DNA of 64,000 nt. It comes from Psilocybe cubensis (taxonomy: Eukaryota). The stretch lies in assembly GCA_017499595.2 (NCBI GenBank), contig CM039008.1, forward strand, positions 1,674,001-1,738,000, read 5' to 3'. The position numbers and the translations under genes were made by a program. A model generated the notes under the pieces. It was not told where the DNA came from. It saw only the letters and a list, made by a program, of their open reading frames with translations, and ran no database searches. Positions 13,383 through 23,399 of the stretch are shown in pieces; within the stretch, counting starts at the first letter, position 1; each line of letters opens with the position of its first letter.

Positions 13383-13594
13383 TGTTAGGTCCCATAAATA
13401 TCAGATGTTTGTTTGTGCATTGCTGTGGTCATATTGGGACGGTAAACACCACGCGGACTCTTATCAGACCTCCTGTTTATAAGGGCACTTACTTTGGTTT
13501 GTTTATTCCCTCTCTTCCCTCTCTTCCTCTCGTGTCAAGGCGCCGGAGTAAGTTTGAGTTGACCCTTGCAACTCGCAATTGGAGTTGTCTGACA
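13383..13594 (+). mobile_element. Possible degenerate solo LTR (212 bp)
   Basis: TGTTAGG..TCTGACA ends, internal TATAA and CT-rich tract; flanks AAGCC/GCGCC match only partly. Confidence 0.35.
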
Positions 13595-14255
13595 GCGCCC
13601 ACAATTTAATTTGGCGATTCTTGTCATCGGCTTCCTCCTTTAGGAACGACCCGGATGACGAGCTGTGAGCAAAATTACTACTAGGAACGCCTGATGCACG
13701 GTGGGATCTTTACTAGTAATTATGAGTTTTTATGTATGCATTTAAATGGAGAGAACCTGCTTAGCCTTGGTCTCAGCAGCAGTGTACTTGCACATGAATT
13801 AGAATGCTATGGGATATTTTTGTTATGAAGAGATGATCCGTTGCTGGTGGTTCGTAGGTCAAAAAGTTGTGATCGGCGACTGTGAGCGCGACGGGAAAGG
13901 ATACTTTACTCGGTTGATAGTGGTGTAGCAGCAGGGAGGAAGAAACCTGAACATAACATATCTGTCGTGTCTAATGTTCGTCAGACATGATTGATGCACA
14001 TTGATACGGAGATCACTGCGTGTAGGTTATTCAGTTGTGGCCTACACGAAACCTCGAGGCTGCGATTGCCTGCATGTATTCGAAAAAGTGGTGTACAGAG
14101 AACAGGGCTAGAGACTGGGGTAAAATATTGATTCTCGGGATTCGGGAGTAGAGACTGGATATCTGCCAGACACAGTGTCGGAGAAGAAAATGGTCTCAAA
14201 TATCAGAGAGATGTTCTCAAACACAATATTCTGAATAGCAGTTATTTGGACAGAT

Positions 14256-14705
14256 TGTCAGGGTTTCTCCAGTTTCCCCTCTTTATCTTCACAGAATTAT
14301 CTTATTCTTTCATTATCTTATCAATTATCTGATTAGATAGTTTATTTCTTTCATCACAGCCTTCTTGCTCCACTTCTTTCTAGTAAATTCTATATGATTC
14401 CTAGTCTTACTCATCCTTTTTCTATATGATGTCACTTTTATTCTTTAACCTTCCTTTATGATGTAATGTAGGGAATATTCTAGAATAGCTGTAGAGTATA
14501 AATACTGGACTTGTAGGTAGCTGTAGCTTCAGCTTCAATCTCTTAGGATATCCACTATCATTGGTGTGATCTCTTAGAACCATTGAATCTCTCTCACTCT
14601 CTTATTCTCTCTTTGCTCTTTTACTCTCCCTCTGCTCTTTCTCTCTCTCTCTTGCTTAATCTTTGTTGGTGGCCTTGTCACACTGATTATAGTGTTGCCC
14701 TGACA
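14256..14705 (+). repeat. 5' LTR
   Basis: TGTCAGGG..CCCTGACA; TATAAATA at 14497-14504; reads identical to the 3' LTR. Confidence 0.97.
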
Positions 14706-14707
14706 GA

Positions 14708-14718
14708 AGATTGAAGCT
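14708..14718 (+). promoter_or_regulatory. Self-priming primer-binding site (Tf1-type)
   Basis: AGATTGAAGCT is the exact reverse complement of AGCTTCAATCT (14531-14541), which lies just downstream of the LTR TATA box. Confidence 0.8.
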
Positions 14719-15196
14719 CTCTCAAGACAACTCCACCATCTCTCTTTCAACACCAAACTCTTCACCTCTTCAACCTCTTCAACACCATTACCTCAACCTT
14801 CTTCCTCCACTTCCAACCCACCAACCTCTTCATCAACCTCTTCACCAATCTTCTTACCAATCTCTACATCTCCACCAATCTTCAACATCCTCCTCAAGAC
14901 CTTTCCTCAAGACCTTTGGCTCATCATCTTTCCTACTCTCTGTTGTGTGCTGTGTGTGAACTTAGTAGATAGGGATACCAACTGTTGGGGCAGACACAGT
15001 CCTACTAGTGTTCTGTTTTTGGTGGTCTAGGAAATATCCAGTAACCCTGTGATCCTAGGTTTAGAGCCCTGAGTGGTGTGACAACTGGGTATCCAGTAGA
15101 TAGATATTTTTTTAGAATACTTAGTATAGTTTCAAGGGCACTTTCAGTAGATAGCTTCTCCCACACACACATCAGAGAGCCTACCTACTCCTACCC

Positions 15197-16306
15197 ATGG
15201 ACATGGACCCCTCCCAATTGCCTCCCACCACTCCTTCTGTGGAAGAGCTCATGCATCAGGTCCAGCTCCTTACCCAAGAGTTGAATTTTCTTAGACAGCA
15301 GCAGCAGTCATTATCCACTCCACCACACCCTCAGCAACCAGTCAGTCAGTCACCATCACCACCACCACCACCACCACCTGCTGCTCTAGATATTCACTCT
15401 TTCCCTACCCCTCATGTTGCCCCTTCCTGTTCACACTCTGCCATTAAAGTCTCACCTCCAGATCCATTTGATGGTTCTATGGAGAAGGCAGAAAACTTCC
15501 TCAGTCAGCTTAAATTATATTTCTATGGGAAAGGGATTACAGATGACTTTCAGAAAGTTATTTGTGCTCTATCTCATATGAAAGGAGGTACTGCTGGGAA
15601 GTGGGCATATGAGAAGACTAAAGTAATAGACAATGCTCAGTCCCAAGAAGGTCTTTGGGCTGACTTTGTTTATGAATTTAGGGAAGTGTTTGCAGATCCA
15701 GACCCCTCCAACACAGCTAAGCATAAAATGCACATGCTCAAGCAAGGCAGACAGACTGCTGATGAGTATGTTGCTAGCTTCAGGGCTCTGATCTCAGATA
15801 CTGGGTATAATGATGCTGCTTTGGTAGACCAATTCAAGGCTGGGCTTAATGAAAATCTCAGGAATGCAGTCTACTATGTTCCTGACATGCCCAAAACCTT
15901 GGATGGATGGATTAAATGGAGTACCAGGCTAGATAGGCAGTGGAGACAGAGTGAGGCCTTTACCAAGTCTCTTTCCTCCTCCTCTTCTTCTCCCTTCCTT
16001 AAAGCCCCAACTCCCAAGGCTGTTCCTAAGCCTACTCCAAATCCTCCAGTCTTTTCCAATAGCAGCTCTAGGACCTTTGGTGCTCAGGCAAAGCAACCAG
16101 ATGTAGTTCCCATGGAGGTTGACTCTGGATGGAAGTCAGTTAGGCCAATTGTTTGCTTCAAGTGCAGAAAGCCTGGTCATAAGGCTGTAAACTGCAGGTC
16201 ATCAGTTAACATCAATGCTATGACCCATGAAGAACTGGCTGACTACTTTGGGAAATTAATCTTGGAAGGCAAGGAGCAGAAAGATGAGGAAAAGAAAAAT
16301 TTTTAG
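15197..16306 (+). CDS. gag: Retrotransposon Gag with CCHC zinc knuckle
   Basis: PDPFDG, Retrotrans_gag-like core (LKQGRQTADEYVASF), VPMEVD, CFKCRKPGHKAVNC. Confidence 0.95.
   Translation: MDMDPSQLPPTTPSVEELMHQVQLLTQELNFLRQQQQSLSTPPHPQQPVSQSPSPPPPPPPAALDIHSFPTPHVAPSCSHSAIKVSPPDPFDGSMEKAENFLSQLKLYFYGKGITDDFQKVICALSHMKGGTAGKWAYEKTKVIDNAQSQEGLWADFVYEFREVFADPDPSNTAKHKMHMLKQGRQTADEYVASFRALISDTGYNDAALVDQFKAGLNENLRNAVYYVPDMPKTLDGWIKWSTRLDRQWRQSEAFTKSLSSSSSSPFLKAPTPKAVPKPTPNPPVFSNSSSRTFGAQAKQPDVVPMEVDSGWKSVRPIVCFKCRKPGHKAVNCRSSVNINAMTHEELADYFGKLILEGKEQKDEEKKNF
16297..16303 (+). promoter_or_regulatory. -1 ribosomal frameshift slippery heptamer A AAT TTT
   Basis: X XXY YYZ pattern in the gag frame immediately before the TAG stop; pol is in the -1 frame and open from here (TTA GAA GCA CCA TTG). 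Confidence 0.8.
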
Positions 16307-19300
16307 AAGCACCATTGGTGAAAGACATGTCCCAATGGAATAGATTTAATGTACTAGAAAATGAAATTGACAGACTTGATCCTCAGTCTTCAGATTCTGG
16401 TGCAGAAATCATGTCTTCTTCTTCCTCTCTTTCTACCTTCCCTGAAAAGATCTACATCCTCAACCATAATCCTAAAACCTCTACCCATTTGTCTGTCATC
16501 TTAAAGACAATGGACACAGAGAAAAGGTTATCTGTTGATGCTTTGCTTGATTCTGGAGCTACTGGCCTCTTTCTGCATTCTGGTTTTGTGAAGTATCATA
16601 ATCTCAACACAAGGAAACTTCCTAGAGCCATTCCAGTCTATAATGTTGATGGTACTCTCAACAAGAGTGGCTCTATCCATGAGGAAGTAGACTTAATTAT
16701 GGTACACAAAAACCATACAGAAAGGGCCACCTTTGCTGTTTGTGACTTGGGAGACAAATCTGCTATCATTGGACATACTTGGCTTTGGCACCATAATCCA
16801 GATGTTGATTGGAAGACAGGGGATGTCCAGTTTATTAGATGTCCCTCTGACTGCCAAATGGAAGCCAAAAGAGCCAGAAGAAAGAGGCAGAAAATAGCTG
16901 CAGTCAAAAGGAGGAAACTCCCTCAATTTGATGAAGAAGAAGATGATTCTATTGAAGATTCTTCTGATTCTGAGATTGAGCCTGAGGATAGAATTTTTAT
17001 CTCATACCTTCATCCTCAGAAGCAGTCTATTAATGCTACTTCTACTATGTCTCAAAGATTAGCAGAAGAGTCTCATCAGCAAGCTGATTCCCCTAAGAAA
17101 ACCTTTGAAGAAACTGTTCCTAAACACTATCATCAGTTTAAAGGTGTTTTTTCAAAGGAATCTTTTGATAGGCTACCAGACAGAAAGCCTTGGGATCATG
17201 CTATTGAGCTGAAACCTGGTTCTGAACCTTACAGATCCAAGATTTATCCTCTTTCTCCCAATGAACAAAAGGAACTTGATGCCTTTTTAGAGGAAAATCT
17301 GAAGTCTGGCAGGATTAGACCCTCCAAGTCACCTATGGCCTCCCCTGTATTCTTTGTCAAGAAGAAGGATGGATCTCTTAGGCTTGTCCAGGACTATAGG
17401 AAACTGAATGAAATGACCATCAAGAACTCCTACCCCCTTCCATTGATTTCTGACATCATCACCAAACTCAGCAAAGCCAAATACTTCACCAAACTTGATG
17501 TTAGGTGGGGATTTAATAATGTCAGAATCAAAAAGGGAGATGAATGGAAAGCAGCCTTTAGAACCAATAGAGGGCTGTTTGAACCATTGGTCATGTTCTT
17601 TGGTTTAACCAATAGTCCTGCTACCTTCCAAACTATGATGAATGATATCTTTATTGAGCTCATTGATGGAAATGTTGTCATTGTCTACATGGATGACATT
17701 TTAATTTTCACTGAGACTCTTGATCATCATAGAGAGGTAGTCAAGCAAGTTCTGCAAATCTTAGAACAGAACAAACTCTACCTTAAAGCAGAGAAATGTG
17801 AATTTGAAAAGGAAAAGATTGAATATCTTGGACTAATCATTTCACAAGGCAGGATTGAGATGGATCCTGTCAAGGTAGAGGGAGTTTCTAAATGGCCTGA
17901 ACCTGAAAATGTCAAGGATGTCCAATCATTCTTGGGATTTGTTAATTTTTATAGAAGGTTCATAGAGGATTTTGCAGACATTGCTAAGCCCCTTCATGAA
18001 TTGACAAAGAAAGGAACAGTCTGGAGATGGAGTCTTAGACAGCAGGAAGCCTTTGACCAGTTAAAGAAGAAAGTCACTTCTTCACCTGTCTTGATTTTCC
18101 CTGATGATAACAAGCCATATAAAGTTGAAGCAGACAGTTCAGATTATGCTACTGGGGCTGTTTTATCTCAGGAAGGATCAGATGGGAAATGGCATCCTGT
18201 AGCCTTTATGTCTAAGAGTCTATCTGAAGTAGAAAGGAATTATGAGATCCATGACAAAGAGATGCTGGCTATTATCAGAGCACTAGATGAATGGAGACAT
18301 TATCTTGAAGGAACCCAACATTCCTTTGAGATTTGGACAGACCACAAAAACTTAGAGTACTTTATGGTTGCCCAAAAGCTCAGCAGAAGGCAAGCCAGAT
18401 GGTCACTCTTCCTGTCCAGATTTGATTTTACTCTTCATCATAGGCCTGGTAAAAGATCTCTTAAGCCAGATGCTTTGTCTAGGAGACCAGATCATAAAAA
18501 GGGAGAGAATGATAACCAAAATGTAGTTCTCCTCAAACCTTCCTACTTTAAAATCCAGGCTCTCAAGCAGGGTCATGCTACCATTACTGGTGCAGAAAAT
18601 GATCTTCTTAAGAAGATTAGAGAAGCTAAGGAGATGGATGAAAAGGTGGTCAAGGCAGTTCAGGAGCTCAAGAAATCTTCTACCAAGAAGATTGAAGGAC
18701 AGGAGTGGTCAGAAGAACAAGGCCTTATTCTCTACAGGGGGAAGGTGTATGTTCCCAAGGACAAAGATCTTAGAAGAAAGATTGTGGAACTGCACCATGA
18801 TGCCTTCATTGCTGGACATCCAGGGAAATGGAAGACAATTGAGCTAGTCTCTAGGAATTATTGGTGGCCAGGAATGTCACATTTTATTGCAGCCTATACC
18901 AGAGGTTGTGATAGATGCAACAGAACCAAAACCTTTCCAGCCAAACCTCTTGGCCTTTTAATTCCTACTGAGATTCCCTCTGATGTCTGGCAATGCATCT
19001 CTGTGGACTTTATTATGGGGTTACCAGAATGTCAAGGGTATAATGCCATTATGGTGGTTGTGGATAGACTTAGTAAAATGATCCACATTATCCCTACTAC
19101 AGATGAAGTCACTTCTGAAGGGACAGCCAGACTATACAGAGATTATGTCTGGAAACACCATGGCTTACCCATTAAAATTCTGTGTGATAGAGGTCCACAG
19201 TTTGTCTCAAGGTTTATGAAAGAACTCAACTCAATACTTGGTATCCAGACAGCCTCATCTACAGCCTACCATCCCCAAACTGATGGTCAGACTGAAAGAG

Positions 19301-20184
19301 TTAACCAAGAAATTGAGCAGTATCTTAGACTCTTTATAAACCATAGACAAGATGATTGGGTTGAATGGTTAGCTCTAGCTGAATTCTCTTATAACAATAG
19401 AGTTCAGGCTTCAACCAGGCAGACACCATTCATGCTCAATAATGGCAGACATCCCAGAATGGGCACTGAACCCCTTAGAAATAGTAAAATGGACACTGTG
19501 GATACCTTTGTGAAAAATATGGAAGAAGCCAGGAAAGAAGCAGAGTCTGCACTTAGAAAAGCTGCTGATGATATGGCTAAATTCTATAATAGACACAGAG
19601 GTACTCCAACTCAGTACAAAGTTGGGGATTTGGTATGGTTAGATGGCAAGGACCTCAAAACTGATAGGCCCTCCAAGAAATTGGATGATAAAAGATATGG
19701 GCCTTACAAAATTACCAAAGTTATTAGCCCTAATGCCTATGAGCTTAAGCTGCCATCTACCATGAAAATCCATCCAGTGTTCAATGTGGTTAAACTTCTA
19801 CCTTATCACCCAGATATTGTAGGAAGAAAGCCTCCTTCTAGACCACCACCTGTCATTCAAGGAGAAAATCCTGAGTGGGAAGTTGAATTTATCAAGGACA
19901 GCAGACTTTTTAGAAACAAACTTCAATATTTGGTTAAGTGGAAGAACTATCCTAATGAGGAATGCACTTGGGAGCCTGCAGAGCATTTGAAAAATGCTTC
20001 TAAGGCTATCAAGGACTTCCATGCCAAACATCCTTCAGCACCTAGAAGGATTTCTGCTGTGACCTTTGATAGACTTTCTTTCACTCCTATTATTAACTTT
20101 ACTGAACCTCCTCCTCTTCTTAAACCCTCTAAACTAACCCATCCATGTGCACATTGTGGAAAATGTGCCTTAGAGAGGGGGTGA
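16303..20184 (+). CDS. pol: Pol polyprotein: protease, RT, RNase H, integrase, chromodomain
   Basis: LLDSGAT; YMDD; EADSSD; H..H..CDRC; DDE core; GPY; WEVEFIKDSR..YLVKWKNY..TWEP. Confidence 0.97.
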   Translation, partial: LEAPLVKDMSQWNRFNVLENEIDRLDPQSSDSGAEIMSSSSSLSTFPEKIYILNHNPKTSTHLSVILKTMDTEKRLSVDALLDSGATGLFLHSGFVKYHNLNTRKLPRAIPVYNVDGTLNKSGSIHEEVDLIMVHKNHTERATFAVCDLGDKSAIIGHTWLWHHNPDVDWKTGDVQFIRCPSDCQMEAKRARRKRQKIAAVKRRKLPQFDEEEDDSIEDSSDSEIEPEDRIFISYLHPQKQSINATSTMSQRLAEESHQQADSPKKTFEETVPKHYHQFKGVFSKESFDRLPDRKPWDHAIELKPGSEPYRSKIYPLSPNEQKELDAFLEENLKSGRIRPSKSPMASPVFFVKKKDGSLRLVQDYRKLNEMTIKNSYPLPLISDIITKLSKAKYFTKLDVRWGFNNVRIKKGDEWKAAFRTNRGLFEPLVMFFGLTNSPATFQTMMNDIFIELIDGNVVIVYMDDILIFTETLDHHREVVKQVLQILEQNKLYLKAEKCEFEKEKIEYLGLIISQGRIEMDPVKVEGVSKWPEPENVKDVQSFLGFVNFYRRFIEDFADIAKPLHELTKKGTVWRWSLRQQEAFDQLKKKVTSSPVLIFPDDNKPYKVEADSSDYATGAVLSQEGSDGKWHPVAFMSKSLSEVERNYEIHDKEMLAIIRALDEWRHYLEGTQHSFEIWTDHKNLEYFMVAQKLSRRQARWSLFLSRFDFTLHHRPGKRSLKPDALSRRPDHKKGENDNQNVVLLKPSYFKIQALKQGHATITGAENDLLKKIREAKEMDEKVVKAVQELKKSSTKKIEGQEWSEEQGLILYRGKVYVPKDKDLRRKIVELHHDAFIAGHPGKWKTIELVSRNYWWPGMSHFIAAYTRGCDRCNRTKTFPAKPLGLLIPTEIPSDVWQCISVDFIMGLPECQGYNAIMVVVDRLSKMIHIIPTTDEVTSEGTARLYRDYVWKHHGLPIKILCDRGPQFVSRFMKELNSILGIQTASSTAYHPQTDGQTERVNQEIEQYLRLFINHRQDDWVEWLALAEFSYNNRVQASTRQTPFMLNNGRHPRMGTEPLRNSKMDTVDTFVKNMEEARKEAESALRKAADDMAKFYNRHRGTPTQYKVGDLVWLDGKDLKTDRPSKKLDDKRYGPYKITKVISPNAYELKLPSTMKIHPVFNVVKLLPYHPDIVGRKPPSRPPPVIQGENPEWEVEFIKDSRLFRNKLQYLVKWKNYPNEECTWEPAEHLKNASKAIKDFHAKHPSAPRRISAVTFDRLSFTPIINFTEPPPLLKPSKLTHPCAHCGKCALERG

Positions 20185-20634
20185 TGTCAGGGTTTCTCCA
20201 GTTTCCCCTCTTTATCTTCACAGAATTATCTTATTCTTTCATTATCTTATCAATTATCTGATTAGATAGTTTATTTCTTTCATCACAGCCTTCTTGCTCC
20301 ACTTCTTTCTAGTAAATTCTATATGATTCCTAGTCTTACTCATCCTTTTTCTATATGATGTCACTTTTATTCTTTAACCTTCCTTTATGATGTAATGTAG
20401 GGAATATTCTAGAATAGCTGTAGAGTATAAATACTGGACTTGTAGGTAGCTGTAGCTTCAGCTTCAATCTCTTAGGATATCCACTATCATTGGTGTGATC
20501 TCTTAGAACCATTGAATCTCTCTCACTCTCTTATTCTCTCTTTGCTCTTTTACTCTCCCTCTGCTCTTTCTCTCTCTCTCTTGCTTAATCTTTGTTGGTG
20601 GCCTTGTCACACTGATTATAGTGTTGCCCTGACA
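20185..20634 (+). repeat. 3' LTR
   Basis: Same sequence as 14256-14705; directly abuts the pol stop codon. Confidence 0.97.
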
Positions 20635-21179
20635 CAGATCTTGTTGACCAATAGTATGAAGCTCACGAATTTGAAGTCGAACTGTGGAAGAAGGGTTAAG
20701 GACTCCAGTACTCAGGAGGGAGGACGGAGTCGAAAACAGCGGAAGCAAAGTTTTTTGTCATGAATTGAAATTCCCACGGTTTCCAGGGGCTAGAGTATGG
20801 CCACGGAGTACACATTGACTACCAACCACCATCAACGATCACAAAACAGACGTCTGTATTTTCTCTTTTTCTACACCTTCACATCCGTCTTTTTTCTCTT
20901 TTCCTTCTTCTCTACTGTCCTAAGAGCCGTGAACCTGGGAACGTGGAAGAGCAGATCTCTAGTTGGGTGATGACGAGCTGCGACCCAAGAACTACTCAAC
21001 ATTAACCACTATTATCAGAATCCCATCGCCTCTATCCCTACACCGTCCATCTTGACTGCCATTCTGTAGAAGAGTTCAATATCATCATCAGCAGCACATC
21101 CACTACGAACACCAACAACTTGAACCAGGACACACGTCCAGTCACAGGAAGCAACAGCGATCTCGATGGCGAGCCCAGC

Positions 21180-21549
21180 ACCACCATCATCTGCATCTTG
21201 CAGGCAACGCGCCTCGCACACCGTCGTGTCGCCAACGGCCCACCACAACAGCCATCACCACCATCACCAGCTATATTCGAACCAGGGGCACACGTCGTTG
21301 CTCCCGGTGCCCCATCACAGCAACAACGCCGATTCTCACGCTGACGGCTAGCCGAGCGCTGCGCTCACCCAAAATCCTCAATACCCCGACGTGTACGCGC
21401 ACCCGGCGGCGGTAGCGTACAGCGCCGCCCATCCGAGACGAACCATCCCCAAGTTTGGGCTCGGAATGGTTAAACCCGGGTTGCACAGCCAGTGGGGAAA
21501 AGAGGTTGCTGTAAAGTTGATTTGCAGAGGGAATATTGAAGTCTTGAAG
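21180..21549 (+). pseudogene. 5' fragment of a Kin4-like (CAMKL) Ser/Thr kinase, internally deleted
   Basis: HPAAVAYSAAHPRRTIPKFG..VKPGLHSQWGKEVAVKLICRGNI followed by a GT donor; the glycine-rich loop and the rest of the kinase are absent. Confidence 0.6.
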
Positions 21550-22406
21550 GTATGTTTTATTTTCTGTACTTTTTATTTCGATCGGCGTTCTCGCTACGGC
21601 GAAACTGGCTGGGTAGTAAAATTTGATTCTGTGTTCTACCGGCTGTATCTATTTTGCCTCCATGAACTTATTGTCCGGAAATTTGGATATCTGTGACCCT
21701 TGAACGAATTCAACCCAAGGCCATCTTTTCTCACACGAGATGAAGACGTGCTCAACTGAAGGGCTGAAGGGATCACACTCGCTCAAATAAATCACGATTA
21801 GGACTTAAAGTATACAGGGGTACGAGGTGCGGGAAGTATCATATGGATGAAATTACAATCCGATTACCAAGTCGAGTAAAGGTGCACGATGACAGAGGTG
21901 TAGTGGAGTAGAGGCTAGATAGGGTCAGGATGGATGTAATAGGGCGGATTTATGAATATATGGTAATAAGGTGTGTGCTAATCCATCCCTCCCCTCTTTC
22001 TATGCCCAGCGTCATTCCTATCACCCCAACACCCTTGCTGAGCATCCGCACCCACCACCATGATGGGGACGACAGTGTCAGAGTCAACACTCGCATTCCT
22101 AACCTCGAGGTCTGCATGATATTAACCAGAGCTTTTTGCCGCCTCACAGACAGCCTTATGTGTGTCCCATCAGTTTATGAAGTTTACTGAATAGGCGTTT
22201 ACAGTTGATCAAGCACACGCAAGATCGCATTGGGAATACTTCTATCCCTATTAACCCAGACCGTGTTGTTGCAATGCAATCATCCCGATAATACAGGCCA
22301 AAATTCTCCAGAGGTCAATCATTTTGGTCCAATTTCCTGACTGCGGTCTCAATATATCACACATCAATTCATGATCAAGCTTCTTTTATGATCAAATCGG
22401 TGTATC

Positions 22407-22697
22407 CAAATCTCAATTTCCTTTTCAAAAGCCACGGAAAGCCGCCCGCGTCCTCTCACACTTGTGTACATCGGCGAAACACGAAAAACCGACGCGTAGA
22501 ACGACGAAGAGGTCCACGGGATTGCGAGAGGCACACGGCAAAACCACCTACACAGCGCACCTCCCTGGCTGCCCATCACGCGCTCGTTCAACTTGGATCG
22601 CGTGTCCAGTTGGTCTCTGCGGGAGAGAGTCAAGTTTGGGGGCGGGAGTCGTGCACGACGCGAAGAAATGGTGGTGGTGGTAATGAGCGCGTCAGGC
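22407..22697 (+). repeat. 291-bp dispersed direct repeat, copy 1
   Basis: Near-identical to 53639-53929. Confidence 0.92.
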
Positions 22698-23399
22698 GAC
22701 GTCGACCTGGTGTGATGTTCAGGGGTGCGTCAGTTATCACCGTCTCTTCAAAAGACACCAACACTCACCTTGATAGTTTCCAAACCCTTCCCTTCGTTCT
22801 CCCCCCTCCCTCCTCTGCTCGTCGTCGTGCTCTGCAGCAAAGAAAGGTGAGGAACGCGCACTTACCTGGCAGCACCAAACAACACCACACAGCGCCACAA
22901 TGGTGGATAGGGGTCACTGCTTGCACTCACCGTTGGCTTGCAGACAGCGTCGCCGTCGTTGACCCGGCACTAGGTGGAATAGGGTGAGTATGTTCAGGTC
23001 AATGAATGCATTTGAGCCTCGTGCATGCTTGAGGATGGGATCGATTGCTAATTAGAGTGAAATGATTGCGGTGTCGCGCATATGCCGATTCGACGCACCA
23101 TGATGCATGATGCATGAGGCCTTTAACTCTCGCGCCGCCCAAAGCCAACACCATTGTGTTTGTTGTGCAGCCGAAGACGTTTAATCTCCGCTCAAAACTC
23201 GATGACGTCAGCGCCATTTCTCCCATAATCTTAGTATGTGAGTAGAGCTTCGCGCACCATTAGAGTACCTCTAGATTCATTACAACGATTTTTAGTTTTA
23301 GAGGAGAACAGTGTGTAATCATGTTTGCACTTGATAACTACAACAAAGTGACGGAGCATACAGCTTTCAGGTAATCGGTTCAGTGCCCGATGTAGTACA

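Larger units (their letters stand above)
14256..20634 (+). mobile_element. Full-length Ty3/Gypsy chromovirus LTR retrotransposon (6379 bp)
   Basis: Two 450-bp LTRs, TSD CAGAT (14251-14255 and 20635-20639), intact gag and pol, polypurine tract AGAGAGGGGG at 20172-20181. Confidence 0.98.

Noticed and set aside
16638-20031. Small antisense or alternative-frame ORFs within pol
   Set aside because: Shadow ORFs of the long pol frame with no independent signal.
14256-20634. RIP-type inactivation as the cause of the CpG loss
   Set aside because: The ORFs are intact, CpA/TpG are abundant and the LTRs look identical, so the depletion predates this insertion.
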